A stretch of 7,142 nucleotides of DNA from IMG/VR virus record IMGVR_UViG_2740892219_000009, positions 1 through 7,142 of that record. The stretch is one strand, 5' to 3'. Numbering within the stretch: the first letter of the stretch is position 1; the number at the start of each line of letters is the position of its first letter. This document shows, piece by piece, positions 5,905 to 7,142 of this stretch. The position numbers and the translations under genes are program-made. Source of the DNA: a virus (lineage: Duplodnaviria; Heunggongvirae; Uroviricota; Caudoviricetes). The notes under the pieces were generated by a model. The model did not search any database and was not told the origin of the DNA. It saw only the letters and a list, made by a program, of their open reading frames with translations.

Positions 5905-6198
5905 TCAGAACCCAGCGGGGGAACTCTTTGGCCACAGGAGTTCGTGCGAACATGACGATCCGTTGGTCTCCCCGAAGGCTAAATACTCGAGACGCCTGCA
6001 TTCCACGAGGGTGGTCACTTTGCCCCCTCCTATCATCATGTCTGTAAATTCATCTGAGTGACGAGAGTAAATGCGCTTAGCTGCGTTATCGTCCGCATAT
6101 TCCATTGCTAAACCAACTTCAGTGGCAGTAAGCCAAATTCTGTTGTTGTGGCAAATCGGGGTAAACGTCGTTTTGTGGAATGCTAATTGAGTAGTCAT
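5905..6198 (-). CDS. BRO-N / antirepressor-N-like domain protein (97 aa), possibly a truncated N-terminal fragment
   Basis: ATG at 6198 has a GAGGTG Shine-Dalgarno at 5-nt spacing. The motif F.K..FTPICHNNRIWLTATEVGLAMEYADD...SDEF resembles the BRO-N / P22 Ant N-terminal signature (F.F...IR...DGEPWF.A.DVA..LGY...D.DEK). The ORF ends where composition switches to AT-rich, and there is no C-terminal domain. Confidence 0.45.
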   Translation of the reverse strand: MTTQLAFHKTTFTPICHNNRIWLTATEVGLAMEYADDNAAKRIYSRHSDEFTDMMIGGGKVTTLVECRRLEYLAFGETNGSSCSHELLWPKSSPAGF

Positions 6199-6222
6199 AG
6201 TATCACCTCATCAGGTTAACAA

Positions 6223-6255
6223 TCACCACCAACGACGCCAATCGACAGGTGGTGA
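6223..6255. other. Inverted repeat with 8-bp stem (tcaccacc ... ggtggtga) and 17-nt spacer, upstream of the BRO-N-like gene
   Basis: Arms at 6223..6230 and 6248..6255, inside a GC-rich ORF-free stretch about 25 nt upstream of the BRO-N start. Could be an operator or an RNA hairpin. Confidence 0.3.
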
Positions 6256-6561
6256 ACTGTGCAAGGTTGGCGTAACCGGCTACACAAACCCGGCGCTTCC
6301 GAAGAAGCCCTCACACAGCCCACCATAATTTGGGCGTAGCCGCGCTTAGCGCATAAAAAAACTGCTTAACGCGGTATGCGTTGAGTAGTGTTCCGGGACG
6401 CCAATCCCGTGTGCCGATTTTGCGGCAACACAAAGAATTAGCCCCAGTGAATGGTGGCGGTCAACCGCAGTCATTCATTCTCATAATGTGATCACCATCA
6501 CTCAACAGGTTCCAGAAACCGCTCTATCATACTGACTTTAAACAGTTTTTAGGTGTTAAAT

Positions 6562-6948
6562 ATGTGGTTTATAGTATTAATAGCTATCCTGATTATTGCC
6601 GCTTTCGTTTTTAAAAGCTCCAAATCCAAAAATCCACCTTCGCAACCAGTTCGTACTACTAAAAAAATAAAGGCACCCACACATAAAAAAACGCAAACTA
6701 ACTATAGTTATAGTACCGATATCATTGAGTTAGATATAACTTATCAGGATGCGAAGGGCGAAATCACTAATCGCCATATATCTATCATAAAATACGACCC
6801 TTCAAAGAAAAAAATATATGCACGGTGCCATTTAAGAAAAAGCATGCGAAGTTTCTATATTGATAGAATATTAACCGCAATAGATATTGAAACTGGCGAA
6901 ATTCTTTCAGATCTCGACGGGTATATATCAGAAAGAATAAACTATTAA
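6562..6948 (+). CDS. Small membrane-anchored protein (128 aa) with a WYL-like C-terminal domain
   Basis: Track ORF 6553..6948 starts at a GTG; the ATG at 6562 is preceded by AGGTG at 6-nt spacing. The N-terminus WFIVLIAILIIAAFVF is a single transmembrane helix, followed by a Lys/Ser/Thr-rich linker and a beta-rich domain containing KIYARCHLRKSMRSFYIDRI, which resembles the WYL-domain core (WYL.A.C......R.FR.DRI). The gene is AT-rich. Confidence 0.6.
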   Translation: MWFIVLIAILIIAAFVFKSSKSKNPPSQPVRTTKKIKAPTHKKTQTNYSYSTDIIELDITYQDAKGEITNRHISIIKYDPSKKKIYARCHLRKSMRSFYIDRILTAIDIETGEILSDLDGYISERINY

Positions 6949-7142
6949 CATTCAATATATTTACCCCAAGCATTATGTGCCGGGGCATGTAATTATATGA
7001 CCATTGATAATTCCATTTTGTAAATATTTAGGTTGTCATCAATGATAGTGCGTTTACTTTTCCATACACAGCCAACACTCGTTTCATCGCGACACTCTGG
7101 CGACACTCCTTAAAAATCAGGTTCGTGCTCACCTTTCCTTCC

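Noticed and set aside
5801-6061. 86-aa plus-strand ORF overlapping the BRO-N-like gene and the recombinase promoter region
   Set aside because: GTG-initiated, partly antisense to the BRO-N-like ORF, which has a strong ribosome-binding site. No recognisable motif. Likely spurious.
6199-6552. Possible tRNA or other structured RNA gene in the GC-rich gap
   Set aside because: I found no T-loop-like GTTCGAATC-type motif and no cloverleaf-compatible arms by eye, so it is not annotated as an RNA gene. It is kept as a finding rather than a feature.
6785-6988. 67-aa minus-strand ORF overlapping the 3' end of the WYL-like gene
   Set aside because: Antisense within an AT-rich coding region, with a low-complexity product. 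The plus-strand gene has the ribosome-binding site and domain signature.
7031-7087. 19-codon minus-strand ORF (MKRVLAVYGKVNALSLMTT) next to the direct repeats
   Set aside because: Too short to support, and its AAGGAG-like site is 17 nt from the ATG. Noted only because of the adjacent repeats.
1-7142. CRISPR arrays, insertion sequences, rRNA genes
   Set aside because: There are no regularly spaced direct repeats, no transposase-like ORF or terminal inverted repeats, and no rRNA-like sequence. The window ends only superficially resemble IS5 termini and do not match.

Overview
This window reads as the late-regulatory end of a lambdoid (DLP12-like) enterobacterial prophage, encoded mostly on the minus strand. 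A GC-rich, translationally coupled nin-type module (ninB/ybcN, ninE, ybcO, rusA, ylcG) runs into a Q-position antiterminator candidate, a candidate late promoter with a short-transcript terminator, a 3-TM holin, and only the first 43 codons of a lambda-R-type endolysin, which ends at an in-frame stop. The lysis cassette therefore looks decayed. Interspersed are visibly AT-rich cargo segments: a signal-peptide protein in the Q-holin gap on the opposite strand, a Bor-like lipoprotein with a UUCG-loop terminator, a 508-aa large serine recombinase, a BRO-N-like ORF that stops at the compositional boundary, and a small membrane-anchored protein with a WYL-like C-terminal motif. The most likely candidates for something undescribed are the recombinase segment and the membrane-anchored WYL-like protein, but neither is established here. 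No rRNA, tRNA, CRISPR array or transposase was recognised. All family assignments come from motif recall and reading the sequence, not from database searches; GC values are by-eye estimates, and coordinates outside the ORF track may be off by a base or two.
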